Below are positions 29,033 through 38,862 of a stretch of 64,000 nt of DNA, in pieces; the stretch's first letter is position 1; each line of letters starts with the position of its first letter. The notes beneath the pieces are model-generated. The model worked only from the letters and a program-made list of their open reading frames with translations. It did no database searches and was not told the origin of the DNA. Position numbers and translations under genes: made by a program. The stretch spans positions 3,390,902-3,454,901 of the forward strand of contig OZ253955.1 of assembly GCA_965267415.1 (NCBI GenBank), written 5' to 3'. The stretch comes from Cyclobacteriaceae bacterium. Lineage in GTDB: Bacteria; Bacteroidota; Bacteroidia; Cytophagales; Cyclobacteriaceae.

Positions 29033-29236
29033 TTATTTCTCTTCTTCAGAATTCTTTTCCTCTTCCACATCCAAATCATCCCGATCCTTTAACTTCTTGT
29101 CTTCCACATTCTTGTTAAGAAATCGGTTCAACTCATCAATGGGCAGATTCGATTTTATTTCACCAAAAGAGTCAACTCTTAGCTCAAATCCGTCCAGATC
29201 CTTATGCACTTTCGCCTTTTCTTTCTTCTTACTCAT
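29033..29236 (-). CDS. Small conserved-looking hypothetical protein
   Basis: KVHKDLDGFELRVDSFGEIKSN...FLNKNVEDKKL; directly downstream of gltX. ATG 29236 preferred. Confidence 0.7.
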   Translation of the reverse strand: MSKKKEKAKVHKDLDGFELRVDSFGEIKSNLPIDELNRFLNKNVEDKKLKDRDDLDVEEEKNSEEEK

Positions 29237-29246
29237 GAGTAGCACT

Positions 29247-30776
29247 TTATTGGTTTAACAAATTAATCGAATATTTAATTCGCTTAGCTGCTTCTTTTGC
29301 ACCCATGATCTCTATGATCGACATGAGGTCAGGCCCGGACCCTTGACCAGTCAAGGCGAGACGCAAGGGCTGCATGAATTGACCTGGTTTATGACCAAGT
29401 CCCTCCAGGTAGTTCCAGAATAGGTCTTTAGCGGCTTCAGCATTGATTTCATCATGCTCTTCCAGTTTACTGGAGAAGGATTGAAGTGTTTCAGCGGTTT
29501 CCGAATTCCATTTCTTAGCCTTAACAGATTCATCATAACTGTCCGGTTCTCTGAATAATATCAAGCTGGATTCAATGAACTCCTGTGGAAAGGTGACTCG
29601 TCCTTTGAGCCACTCAATTATTTTTTCCGCCTTTTGTGAAGTACAGTCAATTTTATGTTTCTCCTTTAATTCAAGGATCAATTGACTGGCAAACGATTCA
29701 TTTGGGGCAGCTTTAATGTATTGTTGATTGTACCATTTGACCTTTTCAAAATCAAACTTAGTTCCTGCCTTATTGACACGATCAATTGAAAATGATTCGA
29801 CTAATTCATCGAGAGAGAAAATCTCTTGTTCGGTTCCTGGATTCCATCCCAAGAATGCCAGAAAATTAAGCAAAGCGGCGGGGAGGAAGCCTGATTCTCT
29901 GAAGCCTATTGAAAGTTCACCGCTTTCATGATCATTCCAGTTCAAAGGGAAAATTGGAAACCCGGCTTTATCGGCTGCTCGTTTGCTCAGTTTACCATTT
30001 CCATCTGGCTTCAGGATCAAAGGTAGATGTGCGAATGAAGGTATGGTGTCCTCCCATTCAAGGAACTGATAGAGAAGTACATGAAGCGGGGCTGACGGTA
30101 ACCACTCTTCTCCACGGATGACGTGTGTTACTTTCATCAAGTGATCATCTACCACATTGGCAAGGTGATACGTAGGCATCCCATCCGATTTCATCAGAAC
30201 TTTGTCGTCTATATCCTCAGACTTCACTTTCACCCAACCCCTGACCTGATCCTTGAGTCTTACTTCCTCATCCTCAGGGACCTTGATCCTGATCACATAC
30301 GGTTCACCTGCTTCGATTTTTTTGCTTACCTCTTCCTCAGATAGGGTCAGGGAGTTTTTCATCGTTTTTCGGGTGACCGTATTGTACTGAGGTTTGATGA
30401 CTCGTGCTTTCTGAAGTTTTTCACGCATCTCTTCGAGCTCTTCGGGAGTGTCAAATGCGTAATACGCATTTCCGGAAGCGATCAGTTGATCAGCGTATTC
30501 CTTATAGATGGATTTCCGTTCTGACTGGCGGTAAGGACCGTATGATCCCGGATTGTCAGGGCTTTCATCAGGCTCAATTCCACACCATTTGAGCGATTCC
30601 TGGATATATTCTTCAGCTCCTTCTACAAATCTAGCCTGGTCTGTATCTTCAATTCTAAGGATGAACTTTCCATTATTCTGCTTCGCGAACAAATAGTTGA
30701 ACAATGCTGTCCTTAATCCACCAATATGTAATCCACCAGTTGGGCTTGGAGCGAATCTTACACGTACTTCTTCCAT
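29247..30776 (-). CDS. gltX: Glutamate--tRNA ligase
   Basis: VRFAPSPTG, HIGG, RIEDTDQ, KLSKR. ATG 30776 is supported by a -7 element TATTTTTG at 30798-30805. Confidence 0.98.
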   Translation of the reverse strand: MEEVRVRFAPSPTGGLHIGGLRTALFNYLFAKQNNGKFILRIEDTDQARFVEGAEEYIQESLKWCGIEPDESPDNPGSYGPYRQSERKSIYKEYADQLIASGNAYYAFDTPEELEEMREKLQKARVIKPQYNTVTRKTMKNSLTLSEEEVSKKIEAGEPYVIRIKVPEDEEVRLKDQVRGWVKVKSEDIDDKVLMKSDGMPTYHLANVVDDHLMKVTHVIRGEEWLPSAPLHVLLYQFLEWEDTIPSFAHLPLILKPDGNGKLSKRAADKAGFPIFPLNWNDHESGELSIGFRESGFLPAALLNFLAFLGWNPGTEQEIFSLDELVESFSIDRVNKAGTKFDFEKVKWYNQQYIKAAPNESFASQLILELKEKHKIDCTSQKAEKIIEWLKGRVTFPQEFIESSLILFREPDSYDESVKAKKWNSETAETLQSFSSKLEEHDEINAEAAKDLFWNYLEGLGHKPGQFMQPLRLALTGQGSGPDLMSIIEIMGAKEAAKRIKYSINLLNQ

Positions 30777-30835
30777 CAAACTTCTGTAGTCAGGCCGCAA
30801 AAATAACTAGCTAAAGGGGAGTATCCGAACCCGGA

Positions 30836-31213
30836 TCAGAATCCTGCGATACAGGAAATTTCCACGTTCACACCTTTGGGCAGACCGCTTACTTCCACTG
30901 TTTCCCTTGCGGGCGGATTTTCAGTGAAATACTTTCCATATACTTCATTGATTTTAGCAAAATCTCCCATACTGCTCACGAAAATGGAGCATTTTAAAAC
31001 ATTATCGAAGGAAAGTCCGGCAGCTTCAAGAATGTAGCTGAGATTTTTCATGACTTGTTCGGTTTCTTCCTCAATAGTACCGGATACGAGTTCACCGGAA
31101 GCCTGATCGATCGGAATTTGACCAGAAACATATAAAGTGTTGCCAAACTTGACGGCTTGCGAGTAAGGCCCGATAGGTGCAGGAGCCTTTGATGAGTTTA
31201 TGATTTCTTTCAT
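30836..31213 (-). CDS. ridA: RidA/YjgF family enamine/imine deaminase
   Basis: APAPIGPYSQA, SGQIP, PARETVEVSGLPKG. Confidence 0.93.
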   Translation of the reverse strand: MKEIINSSKAPAPIGPYSQAVKFGNTLYVSGQIPIDQASGELVSGTIEEETEQVMKNLSYILEAAGLSFDNVLKCSIFVSSMGDFAKINEVYGKYFTENPPARETVEVSGLPKGVNVEISCIAGF

Positions 31214-31222
31214 CTGCGAAAG

Positions 31223-33061
31223 TTATTCAACCGTTACTGATTTTGCCAAATTTCTTGGCTGATCCACGTTTGCTCCTCTCATTACCGCAATGTGGTAGCT
31301 TAAAAGTTGTAGCGGAATGACTGAAATCAGGGGAGTTAATGCTTCGTTGGTTGCCGGAACTTCAATGGTGAAATCAGCCATATCCTGAATAAGTTCATCA
31401 CCTTCTGTCACGATTGCTATGACAACCCCTTTTCTTGCTTTGACCTCCTGAATGTTTGAAACGATCTTCTCATAAGAACTATCACGGGTCGCGATAAAGA
31501 CAACAGGCATGTTCTCGTCAATCAAAGCGATAGGTCCGTGCTTCATTTCGGCAGCCGGATAACCTTCAGCATGGATATAAGAGATTTCTTTGAGCTTTAA
31601 TGCTCCTTCAAGTGCAACCGGAAAATTGTATCCACGTCCGAGATATAAAAAGTTTTTCGCATCCTTAAATAGGTCTGCGATGGTTTCAATCTTATCATTA
31701 AAAGTTAACGCTTTTTCAACTTTTTCGGGGATGCTCTCCAGTTCGACCAGAAGTTCTTTGTAAACTCTTTCTGTAATCGTTCCCTTCAAGTGAGCAACTC
31801 TCAAGGCGATCATGGTAAGCACCGTAATCTGAGCAGTAAAGGCCTTGGTGGATGCGACTCCAATTTCTGGGCCTGCATGAAGATAAGCTCCTTCATGTGT
31901 TATCCTGGAGATAGATGATCCAACCGTATTCACAATTCCAAATACGATTGCTCCTTTTTCCTTAGCCAACTCAATGGCGGCAAGTGTATCTGCTGTTTCA
32001 CCTGATTGGGAGATCGCCACAACAATGTCTCCTTCCTGGATGACAGGGTTTCTATATCTAAACTCGGAAGCATATTCTACTTCAACCGGAATGCGACATA
32101 GATCCTCAAATATGTATTCAGCTACAAGTCCTGCATGCCATGAGGTCCCGCAAGCAATGAATGTTATTTTCTTGGCATTGATCAATGCATTTTTGTAGTT
32201 GCGTATGCCACCCAGGACTAACTCGCCCTTCTCGGCATTCAATCTACCACGCATACAATCAGCGATTGATTTAGGTTGCTCAAAGATCTCCTTCAGCATG
32301 AAGTGCTCATAGCCCCCTTTTTCAATTGCCTCCAATTCCATATCCAAAGTATGGATGTGTGGAGTTTGCTTGACATGACCTGTATTGATAACCTCATACT
32401 TATCTCTCTCGATAATGGCTATCTCCTCATCATTCAGGTAGATGACCTCATTCGTATATTCAATGATTGGTGAAGCGTCAGAAGCAATGAAAAACTCATT
32501 TTCTCCCAAACCTATTACCATTGGACTTCCTTTGCGCGCGGCAATTAGTTTGTCAGGCTCATCAGTAGATATGATAACTATAGCATAAGCACCAACAACA
32601 CGAGTCAAAGCAATTCGCACTGATTCAACAAGTGAAAGGCCCTCACTATTCTTGATGTATTCTATAAAGGATATGAAAACCTCCGTATCTGTCTCACTTT
32701 TGAATTGATACCCTTTATTGGTCAAGTCTTCTTTTAAGACACCATAATTTTCAATGATGCCATTGTGGATCATCGCCAGGGTACCATCATTTGATATATG
32801 CGGATGAGCATTGATATCGTTGGGTTCACCGTGAGTTGCCCATCTAGTATGTCCAATTCCAATGGTGCTGTTAAACCCGTTCGAGTTGACAATAGATTCC
32901 AGGTCTGCAACCTTTCCTTGTTTCTTTGCAGTTCGCAGCTTTCCTTCTTCAATGGTTGCTATTCCTGCGCTATCATACCCTCGATATTCAAGTCGCTTTA
33001 ATCCTCCAAGTAAGATGGGATAAGCTGGCTTGTCTCCTAGGTATCCGACTATTCCACACAT
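31223..33061 (-). CDS. glmS: Glutamine--fructose-6-phosphate transaminase (isomerizing)
   Basis: MCGIVG, LEYRGYDSAG, GHTRWATHG, SQSGETADT, RNLAKSVTVE. Confidence 0.98.
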   Translation of the reverse strand: MCGIVGYLGDKPAYPILLGGLKRLEYRGYDSAGIATIEEGKLRTAKKQGKVADLESIVNSNGFNSTIGIGHTRWATHGEPNDINAHPHISNDGTLAMIHNGIIENYGVLKEDLTNKGYQFKSETDTEVFISFIEYIKNSEGLSLVESVRIALTRVVGAYAIVIISTDEPDKLIAARKGSPMVIGLGENEFFIASDASPIIEYTNEVIYLNDEEIAIIERDKYEVINTGHVKQTPHIHTLDMELEAIEKGGYEHFMLKEIFEQPKSIADCMRGRLNAEKGELVLGGIRNYKNALINAKKITFIACGTSWHAGLVAEYIFEDLCRIPVEVEYASEFRYRNPVIQEGDIVVAISQSGETADTLAAIELAKEKGAIVFGIVNTVGSSISRITHEGAYLHAGPEIGVASTKAFTAQITVLTMIALRVAHLKGTITERVYKELLVELESIPEKVEKALTFNDKIETIADLFKDAKNFLYLGRGYNFPVALEGALKLKEISYIHAEGYPAAEMKHGPIALIDENMPVVFIATRDSSYEKIVSNIQEVKARKGVVIAIVTEGDELIQDMADFTIEVPATNEALTPLISVIPLQLLSYHIAVMRGANVDQPRNLAKSVTVE

Positions 33062-33084
33062 AGAAGTTTTAGTTAGTTACCGTT

Positions 33085-34479
33085 TTAGTTTACTTCGGTA
33101 TAGAAAACCCTCAATTTGATTCCTGAATTATTGAATATCGCTTGTTGAAGAATGGTATTAAAGGGACTTATCAGTACCAGATCATCTATTTGAATAGTAT
33201 CTGATTGAAAAGGCTCAATGAATATCACATCATCATTCCGCTGGAAATTGTTATACAGAAATTGGAAAAAAATTGTTGGATTAGCGATGTAATGGTCGTC
33301 GGTACTATTCAAGGCTCCAAGAATGGGATCATTATTTACAGCTCCTCCGGATACAGGCGATAAATAAGCTGCATCGTTCATTACAATGTTTGAGAAGGGA
33401 TCCTGTGCAACAGCCGGCCCGAAAATCCCTCCATCCTGAGTTCTGAAATAAAGCCTGAAGACATCAAGAGTGTCTCTTGATACAAATTCCTCATAATCAA
33501 ACTGTACTATAACAGAATTAATAAGGATGTTTGGATTTTCCTCAAAAAAGCTTCTTAGCGGACTCAACTCAAAAGTAGTTGTTAGCCCAGCAAGCGGATC
33601 TAAAACAGTTCTTCCGTCAGCTAGATTGAAATTCGTTTTTTCTTCTATTCCATCAAACAGCGACCCGGTGCGGTCCCTTGTAATATGACTGTAGGCAAGT
33701 CCGGTAGTGTTAAATGTAGCTCGATAAGAAGTATCAGGAGCGTTTCCTGACATATACAAAATAAGCTGTGTTTCAAGGTTACTCAAATCAACAGCTGTCA
33801 AACCTGTGCTACCGGCAGTAGGAACCAATCCCATATCTCTAAACCGGTAATTCAATAAGCGAAGCGTTGAATCTTCAACCACATTGCTTACCGTATTGAA
33901 GAACTCCTGACCAAATGCGTCATTCAATCGAACTCTGTAAACGGTATCACTTGAGTTGACCTCTTTATCGTAAGAACCAATGGTCCGAAGAGGAGTTTCG
34001 CTTTTACTTCCCAAATAAACTACAGTGCTGAGGAGTGTGTCAACCAGTTCAATTACATCAAATGCCAGCTGGCTGGACTCACGGAAAGGAATTAGTTCCG
34101 ATTGTCTTAGCTCCAGGTAGAGTGAATCATACTCAAGACTGTCTGTTGGGTCTGGGTTTGCGGAGGTCTGTTCCTGCACAGGAAGTATCCCACCTGTGAA
34201 TGCGTACTGGAAATAGCCTTCGGCTGTAACATTTCCTGTATTCAAATCTGTGAACGATCCAACAAGTACCCGGTTTTCATTATCTGTTCGAAGACTGTCA
34301 ATCCTTAAATTGGAGGAAGGCAAGTCAAACTCTATCAATTTGACATCAACTCCTGTATCCAGGTCGAATTCAGTCCCGAAATCATTGGCTGCATCGCAAC
34401 CTAAAAAAACCGGGATCAATGCGATTAATCCCGGTTTAATGAAATTTCTTAGCTTTTTCAAACTAGCCAACAAGCTCAT
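33085..34479 (-). CDS. DUF4270-like outer-membrane lipoprotein
   Basis: Lipobox FLGC after ATG 34479 (ORF-track start 34593 overlaps the upstream gene); conserved position between GT5 and glmS. Confidence 0.75.
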   Translation of the reverse strand: MSLLASLKKLRNFIKPGLIALIPVFLGCDAANDFGTEFDLDTGVDVKLIEFDLPSSNLRIDSLRTDNENRVLVGSFTDLNTGNVTAEGYFQYAFTGGILPVQEQTSANPDPTDSLEYDSLYLELRQSELIPFRESSQLAFDVIELVDTLLSTVVYLGSKSETPLRTIGSYDKEVNSSDTVYRVRLNDAFGQEFFNTVSNVVEDSTLRLLNYRFRDMGLVPTAGSTGLTAVDLSNLETQLILYMSGNAPDTSYRATFNTTGLAYSHITRDRTGSLFDGIEEKTNFNLADGRTVLDPLAGLTTTFELSPLRSFFEENPNILINSVIVQFDYEEFVSRDTLDVFRLYFRTQDGGIFGPAVAQDPFSNIVMNDAAYLSPVSGGAVNNDPILGALNSTDDHYIANPTIFFQFLYNNFQRNDDVIFIEPFQSDTIQIDDLVLISPFNTILQQAIFNNSGIKLRVFYTEVN

Positions 34480-35275
34480 TATATAAGTTGTAGTATGATT
34501 CTTCGAAATTCTCATCCTTCTCAATAGTCTCTGCTCGCTTATCATTCGACAGGTCAGCAATGAGCTTCTTGAAGCTTTCAGTAGACTCCTCATGCGCGTT
34601 GATCACTGCATCAGCATATTCCACGCCAACTTTGATGAACCCTTCGTAATCAGCCGTTTTTAGCGGATTCAGCATTTCATCATCAATATCTATCATCTTC
34701 ACTTTTTCCAACAGATCATCTCCGAACTTATGGGTGAATTTGTTATTGTATATTGTAAATACGGTCTTGGCGTCCTTGTAGATCGGATCGTTCTTATAAG
34801 TTGTCTTAGTGTATAAAGGAATTAAACTTGTCATCCAGTCATTGCAGTGAATGATATCTGGCGACCATCCCAACTTCTTAACAGTTTCCAACACTCCTTT
34901 GCAGAAGAAGATCGCTCGTTCGTCATTATCCTCAAAGAAGTTATCCTCCTTATCAAAGAATACAGATTTCCTGTAGAAATAATCTTCATTGTCAATGAAG
35001 TAGACTTGCAATTTTGCATTCGGGATGGATGCCACCTTTATAACAAGTGGTTTTTCCTCATCACCTACGGCAATGTTGATTCCTGATAATCTGACAACTT
35101 CATGGAGTCGGTTTTTTCGCTCATTGATGAGGCCGAACCTTGGAACTAAAATCCTAATCTCCATACCTCTTTCTTGCATCGCTTGTGGCAACCTTCTTAC
35201 AAACTCAGCCACTTCTGAAGTTCCCAGAAATGGATTGATCTCACTAGCCACGTAAAGGATCCTAATATTTGACAT
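34463..35275 (-). CDS. Glycogen/starch synthase N-terminal (GT5) domain protein, single domain
   Basis: LYVASEINPF, ILVPRFG, YFIDNEDYF, IIHCNDW, FTIYN; KTGGL motif absent. Confidence 0.85.
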   Translation of the reverse strand: MSNIRILYVASEINPFLGTSEVAEFVRRLPQAMQERGMEIRILVPRFGLINERKNRLHEVVRLSGINIAVGDEEKPLVIKVASIPNAKLQVYFIDNEDYFYRKSVFFDKEDNFFEDNDERAIFFCKGVLETVKKLGWSPDIIHCNDWMTSLIPLYTKTTYKNDPIYKDAKTVFTIYNNKFTHKFGDDLLEKVKMIDIDDEMLNPLKTADYEGFIKVGVEYADAVINAHEESTESFKKLIADLSNDKRAETIEKDENFEESYYNLYNELVG

Positions 35276-35390
35276 ATATTTTGTGAATTAAATTATTTCA
35301 GATGGGGATTGTAAAAAATGAGGACAAAAGTACCATATTTTTGGTTTATTATCAACGTATTCAATAAGTTAAGTGCTTAAACTACAGGGT

Positions 35391-36248
35391 ATGATGAGAG
35401 CAATAACTGCTCCAAAATCCATCTTCAACGTTTGTTCTGAAATAAAAAAAGAGAGCCTGACTTTGGGTTTAGTTCCTACAATGGGGGCCCTTCATGAAGG
35501 TCATATTTCATTGATCAAGCAAAGTCTTACTGAGAATGACAGGACTGTAGTAAGCATCTTCGTAAACCCACTTCAATTCAATAAAGAAGAGGACTTTGAC
35601 AAGTACCCTCGTACACTTGAGAGAGATTTAGCGATACTGGAAGAACTTGGTGTGGATTATTTGTTTCATCCCGGAGAAAAAGAGTTTTACGAAGTATCTC
35701 CGGAGGTACGAATATCCTTTGGTGAAATGGAAGATGTGCTTGAAGGAAAATACCGTCCGGGACATTTCGAAGGTGTTGGAGTAGTTGTATGTAAGTTGTT
35801 TAACCTAATCAACCCGGATCGAGCCTATTTTGGACTGAAGGACCTACAACAGTACTTATTGATCAAACGCATGACTCTTGATCTAGGATTTCCTATTGAA
35901 ATTGTTGGTGTTGAAACGGTCAGAGAACCTTCGGGACTTGCCATGTCATCCAGGAACCTGCGACTATCAGATGAAGGTAAGGAAATAGCTGCTAATATCC
36001 ATAAAGGACTAAAGAAGGCAAGCAGGCTCATTTTAGAGGGACAAGAGCTCTCCGATGTAAAGGAACAAATCAACTCATTTTACCAGGAGCTACCAGAGAT
36101 TGAAGTAGAATATATTGAGTTCATAAACGGAGTTGACCTTCAACCTATTGATGATTTAAATGAACTATCGGAACTGGCCGTATGCTTTGCTGGTTATGTA
36201 GAGGGAATTAGATTGATCGATAATCTATATTTGCGCCTGAATTCATAG
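35391..36248 (+). CDS. panC: Pantoate--beta-alanine ligase
   Basis: [42 protein letters not shown]. Confidence 0.97.
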   Translation: MMRAITAPKSIFNVCSEIKKESLTLGLVPTMGALHEGHISLIKQSLTENDRTVVSIFVNPLQFNKEEDFDKYPRTLERDLAILEELGVDYLFHPGEKEFYEVSPEVRISFGEMEDVLEGKYRPGHFEGVGVVVCKLFNLINPDRAYFGLKDLQQYLLIKRMTLDLGFPIEIVGVETVREPSGLAMSSRNLRLSDEGKEIAANIHKGLKKASRLILEGQELSDVKEQINSFYQELPEIEVEYIEFINGVDLQPIDDLNELSELAVCFAGYVEGIRLIDNLYLRLNS

Positions 36249-36250
36249 GC

Positions 36251-36601
36251 ATGTTGATCGAGGTATTAAAGTCAAAGATTCATCGGGTAAGAATAACCGA
36301 AGCTGAGCTACATTATGTAGGTTCAATTACGATTGATCCTGACCTAATGGAAGCAGCAAACCTGGTGGCGAATGAGAAAGTGCAAATTGTTAATATTAAC
36401 AATGGAGAGCGCCTGGAAACGTATGTGATAAAGGGTGAGAGAGGATCTGGTCAGATCTGCCTTAATGGACCAGCAGCACGCAAAGCCCAGGTTGGGGATA
36501 TCATCATTATTATATCTTATTGTTCAATCGATCAAAAAGAGGCTGAGGCCCACGAGCCGGTTGTCGTCTTTCCGGACGAAAACAACCGGTTGGTTTCCTA
36601 G
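36251..36601 (+). CDS. panD: Aspartate 1-decarboxylase
   Basis: [14 protein letters not shown] (G-S cleavage site), [15 protein letters not shown]. Confidence 0.98.
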   Translation: MLIEVLKSKIHRVRITEAELHYVGSITIDPDLMEAANLVANEKVQIVNINNGERLETYVIKGERGSGQICLNGPAARKAQVGDIIIIISYCSIDQKEAEAHEPVVVFPDENNRLVS

Positions 36602-36606
36602 ATCTG

Positions 36607-37599
36607 ATGTCCAAAAAGATTTTCTTAGCATTAAAGGTTTTACTCAGCGTAGGGATTGCGGCCTTATTGTTATTCCTGGTTTTTAGAAACATTGAATGGG
36701 ATGATTTTTGGCGGAAGGCGGAAAATGTGGATTACTCCTGGGTTATTCTGTCAATTTCTATATCCATCTTCACATACATTGCTCGTGCATATCGATGGAA
36801 TATGCTCTTCAAACCGCTTGGGTATAATCTTAAAACATCAAGGACAATGCTTGCGGTACTGGTAGGTTACCTGGCGAACCTGGCATTGCCAAGACTCGGT
36901 GAATTTGCAAGATGTGGAGTACTCAACAGAAATGATCGAGTACCTGTTGCAACTGCTTTAGGTACAGTGGTAGTAGATCGTCTAACAGATGTAGCTGCTT
37001 TGTTTGTTTTGATAGTAGCAAGTCTGTTCATTGAATCGGAACGACTCATCGCTTTTTTGAGTGAGGCATACCGAGATCTCCATATTCCAAACTGGCTGTT
37101 AGTTACTTTAATTATTTTGATTCTAGCAGGGGCCGGTTTCCTTGTCTACATCATAAAAAACCAGGAACGATTAAAGGGAAGAATTGCCGAATTGCTCAAA
37201 CGTTTTGTACAAGGGTTTATTTCATTGAAGGATATTGAAAACCCTTTGGGCTATATACTCTCCACGGTATTCATTTGGGGTATTTATTTTTTGATGTCCT
37301 ACGTGATCGTGTTTTCACTTCCGGAAACAGCACACTTAGGACCAGGTGCGGGGCTAATGCTTTTGATTACCGGTGGTATGGCGCTTGCTCTTCCGGTACA
37401 AAGTGGTTTCGGGACCTATCATGGAATGATCTCAGGAATGCTGGTTTTATATGCTATTGATGGCACAACAGGTGTATTCATCGCAACTCTGCTTCATACA
37501 TCTCAAATTCTGGCTATTGCTTTTTTTGGAACGATTGCTTTGATAATTTCATTTTTAGTCAAGCGGAAAAAGGATGACAAAAGACAAGATTTTAAGTAA
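36607..37599 (+). CDS. Lysylphosphatidylglycerol synthase TM domain / UPF0104 flippase-like protein
   Basis: [35 protein letters not shown]. Confidence 0.88.
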   Translation: MSKKIFLALKVLLSVGIAALLLFLVFRNIEWDDFWRKAENVDYSWVILSISISIFTYIARAYRWNMLFKPLGYNLKTSRTMLAVLVGYLANLALPRLGEFARCGVLNRNDRVPVATALGTVVVDRLTDVAALFVLIVASLFIESERLIAFLSEAYRDLHIPNWLLVTLIILILAGAGFLVYIIKNQERLKGRIAELLKRFVQGFISLKDIENPLGYILSTVFIWGIYFLMSYVIVFSLPETAHLGPGAGLMLLITGGMALALPVQSGFGTYHGMISGMLVLYAIDGTTGVFIATLLHTSQILAIAFFGTIALIISFLVKRKKDDKRQDFK

Positions 37600-38047
37600 G
37601 GATAATGCTGCAGCAGTAGTAGAACGCTGGAAAGACTCAGGCGAGGAAGTTGTATTTACCAATGGATGCTTTGATATCCTTCATCTTGGGCATGTGGACT
37701 ACCTGGAAAAAGCAAGAACATTTGGTGATCGGTTGATCATTGGTCTGAATTCTGATGACTCAGTCAAGCGACTGAAAGGTGAACATCGCCCCGTGAACGA
37801 AGAGAACGCACGGGCCAGATTGCTTGCTTCGTTAGCCTTTGTGGATGCCGTTGTAACTTTTGAAGAGGATACTCCATTAGAGTTAATAACTTTTTTGAAG
37901 CCGGACGTTTTAGTCAAAGGAAAAGATTATGAAATTAGCAACATCGTTGGTGCAGATGTCGTAATCGAAAATGGTGGCAGAGTGGAAACTATTGACCTTG
38001 TAGATGGGTTTTCAACTACAGGGATTATTGAAAAAATAAAGGAATAA
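37574..38047 (+). CDS. rfaE2: D-glycero-beta-D-manno-heptose 1-phosphate adenylyltransferase (standalone)
   Basis: [37 protein letters not shown]. Confidence 0.9.
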   Translation: MTKDKILSKDNAAAVVERWKDSGEEVVFTNGCFDILHLGHVDYLEKARTFGDRLIIGLNSDDSVKRLKGEHRPVNEENARARLLASLAFVDAVVTFEEDTPLELITFLKPDVLVKGKDYEISNIVGADVVIENGGRVETIDLVDGFSTTGIIEKIKE

Positions 38048-38051
38048 GAAG

Positions 38052-38744
38052 ATGTTATTAATAATTATAATCACATTCATGATTTTGAGCTGGGCTGTGA
38101 GTTCCCGCCTGAAAAGCAAATTCAGGAAATACTCTCAGGTGACTTTGGGCTCAGGTCTATCGGGAAGAGAAATAGCAGAATTGATGCTAAGAGATAATGG
38201 TATTTATGATGTCACGGTTACTTCTGTTGAAGGCCAGTTGACAGATCACTACAATCCGGCGAATAAGACTGTAAACTTGAGCCCGGATGTTTATAACGGT
38301 CGTTCCGCGGCTGCAGCAGCGGTTGCTGCACACGAGTGTGGACATGCGGTTCAGCACGCCACTGCCTATAGTTTTTTGGAATTTCGTTCAGCGATGGTAC
38401 CAATACAAAACCTCAGTGCGCGAGTCATAAATATCATTTTTATGATGATGTTCTTTGGAACATTTTTTCTGCCTTCCGTTATACCATTTGATATTGCCAT
38501 ATTGGTGATCATTGCTTGTTACGGAATATTCACATTATTCGCGTTCGTGACTCTGCCAGTAGAGTATGATGCCAGTAAGCGTGCGCTTGCATGGATCTCA
38601 GACCGAAACATAGTCAACAATGAAGAGCATGCGATGGCGAAGGATGCCTTGAATGCTGCAGCTTCTACTTACTTAATAGCAGCATTAGGCGCTTTAGCTA
38701 CACTATTGTACTACGTGATGCTGTTCTTGGGTAGCAGAGAATAA
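38052..38744 (+). CDS. Zinc metallopeptidase (YugP-like, membrane)
   Basis: LTDHYNP, AAHECGHAVQH, TLPVEYDAS, AASTY. Confidence 0.92.
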   Translation: MLLIIIITFMILSWAVSSRLKSKFRKYSQVTLGSGLSGREIAELMLRDNGIYDVTVTSVEGQLTDHYNPANKTVNLSPDVYNGRSAAAAAVAAHECGHAVQHATAYSFLEFRSAMVPIQNLSARVINIIFMMMFFGTFFLPSVIPFDIAILVIIACYGIFTLFAFVTLPVEYDASKRALAWISDRNIVNNEEHAMAKDALNAAASTYLIAALGALATLLYYVMLFLGSRE

Positions 38745-38768
38745 TCATTAAAGAAAACGTAAAGCAAG

Positions 38769-38794
38769 AGCCCCGAACATCGGGGCTTTTTTTT
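38769..38794 (+). terminator. Intrinsic terminator
   Basis: AGCCCCGA-ACA-TCGGGGCT followed by a T-tract. Confidence 0.88.
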
Positions 38795-38804
38795 GGTTAG
38801 ATAG

Positions 38805-38833
38805 TATGCTTGCATAACAAATTTATATATTTG
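38805..38833 (+). promoter_or_regulatory. Promoter of the acyl-CoA dehydrogenase gene with an overlapping palindrome
   Basis: -7 TATATTTG (38826-33); palindrome TATGC-TT-GCATA (38805-16) over the -33 region. Confidence 0.55.
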
Positions 38834-38862
38834 CCAGCCCAAGAAAACCTTAACCCAATAAC

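Noticed and set aside
33062-33084. glmS ribozyme
   Set aside because: Only 23 nt separate glmS from the upstream gene, with no ribozyme core.
34480-34593. N-terminal extensions in the ORF track (34593; also 9778, 18908, 21263, 30800, 51891)
   Set aside because: They overlap upstream genes or promoters; downstream ATGs give proper signal peptides or family N-termini.
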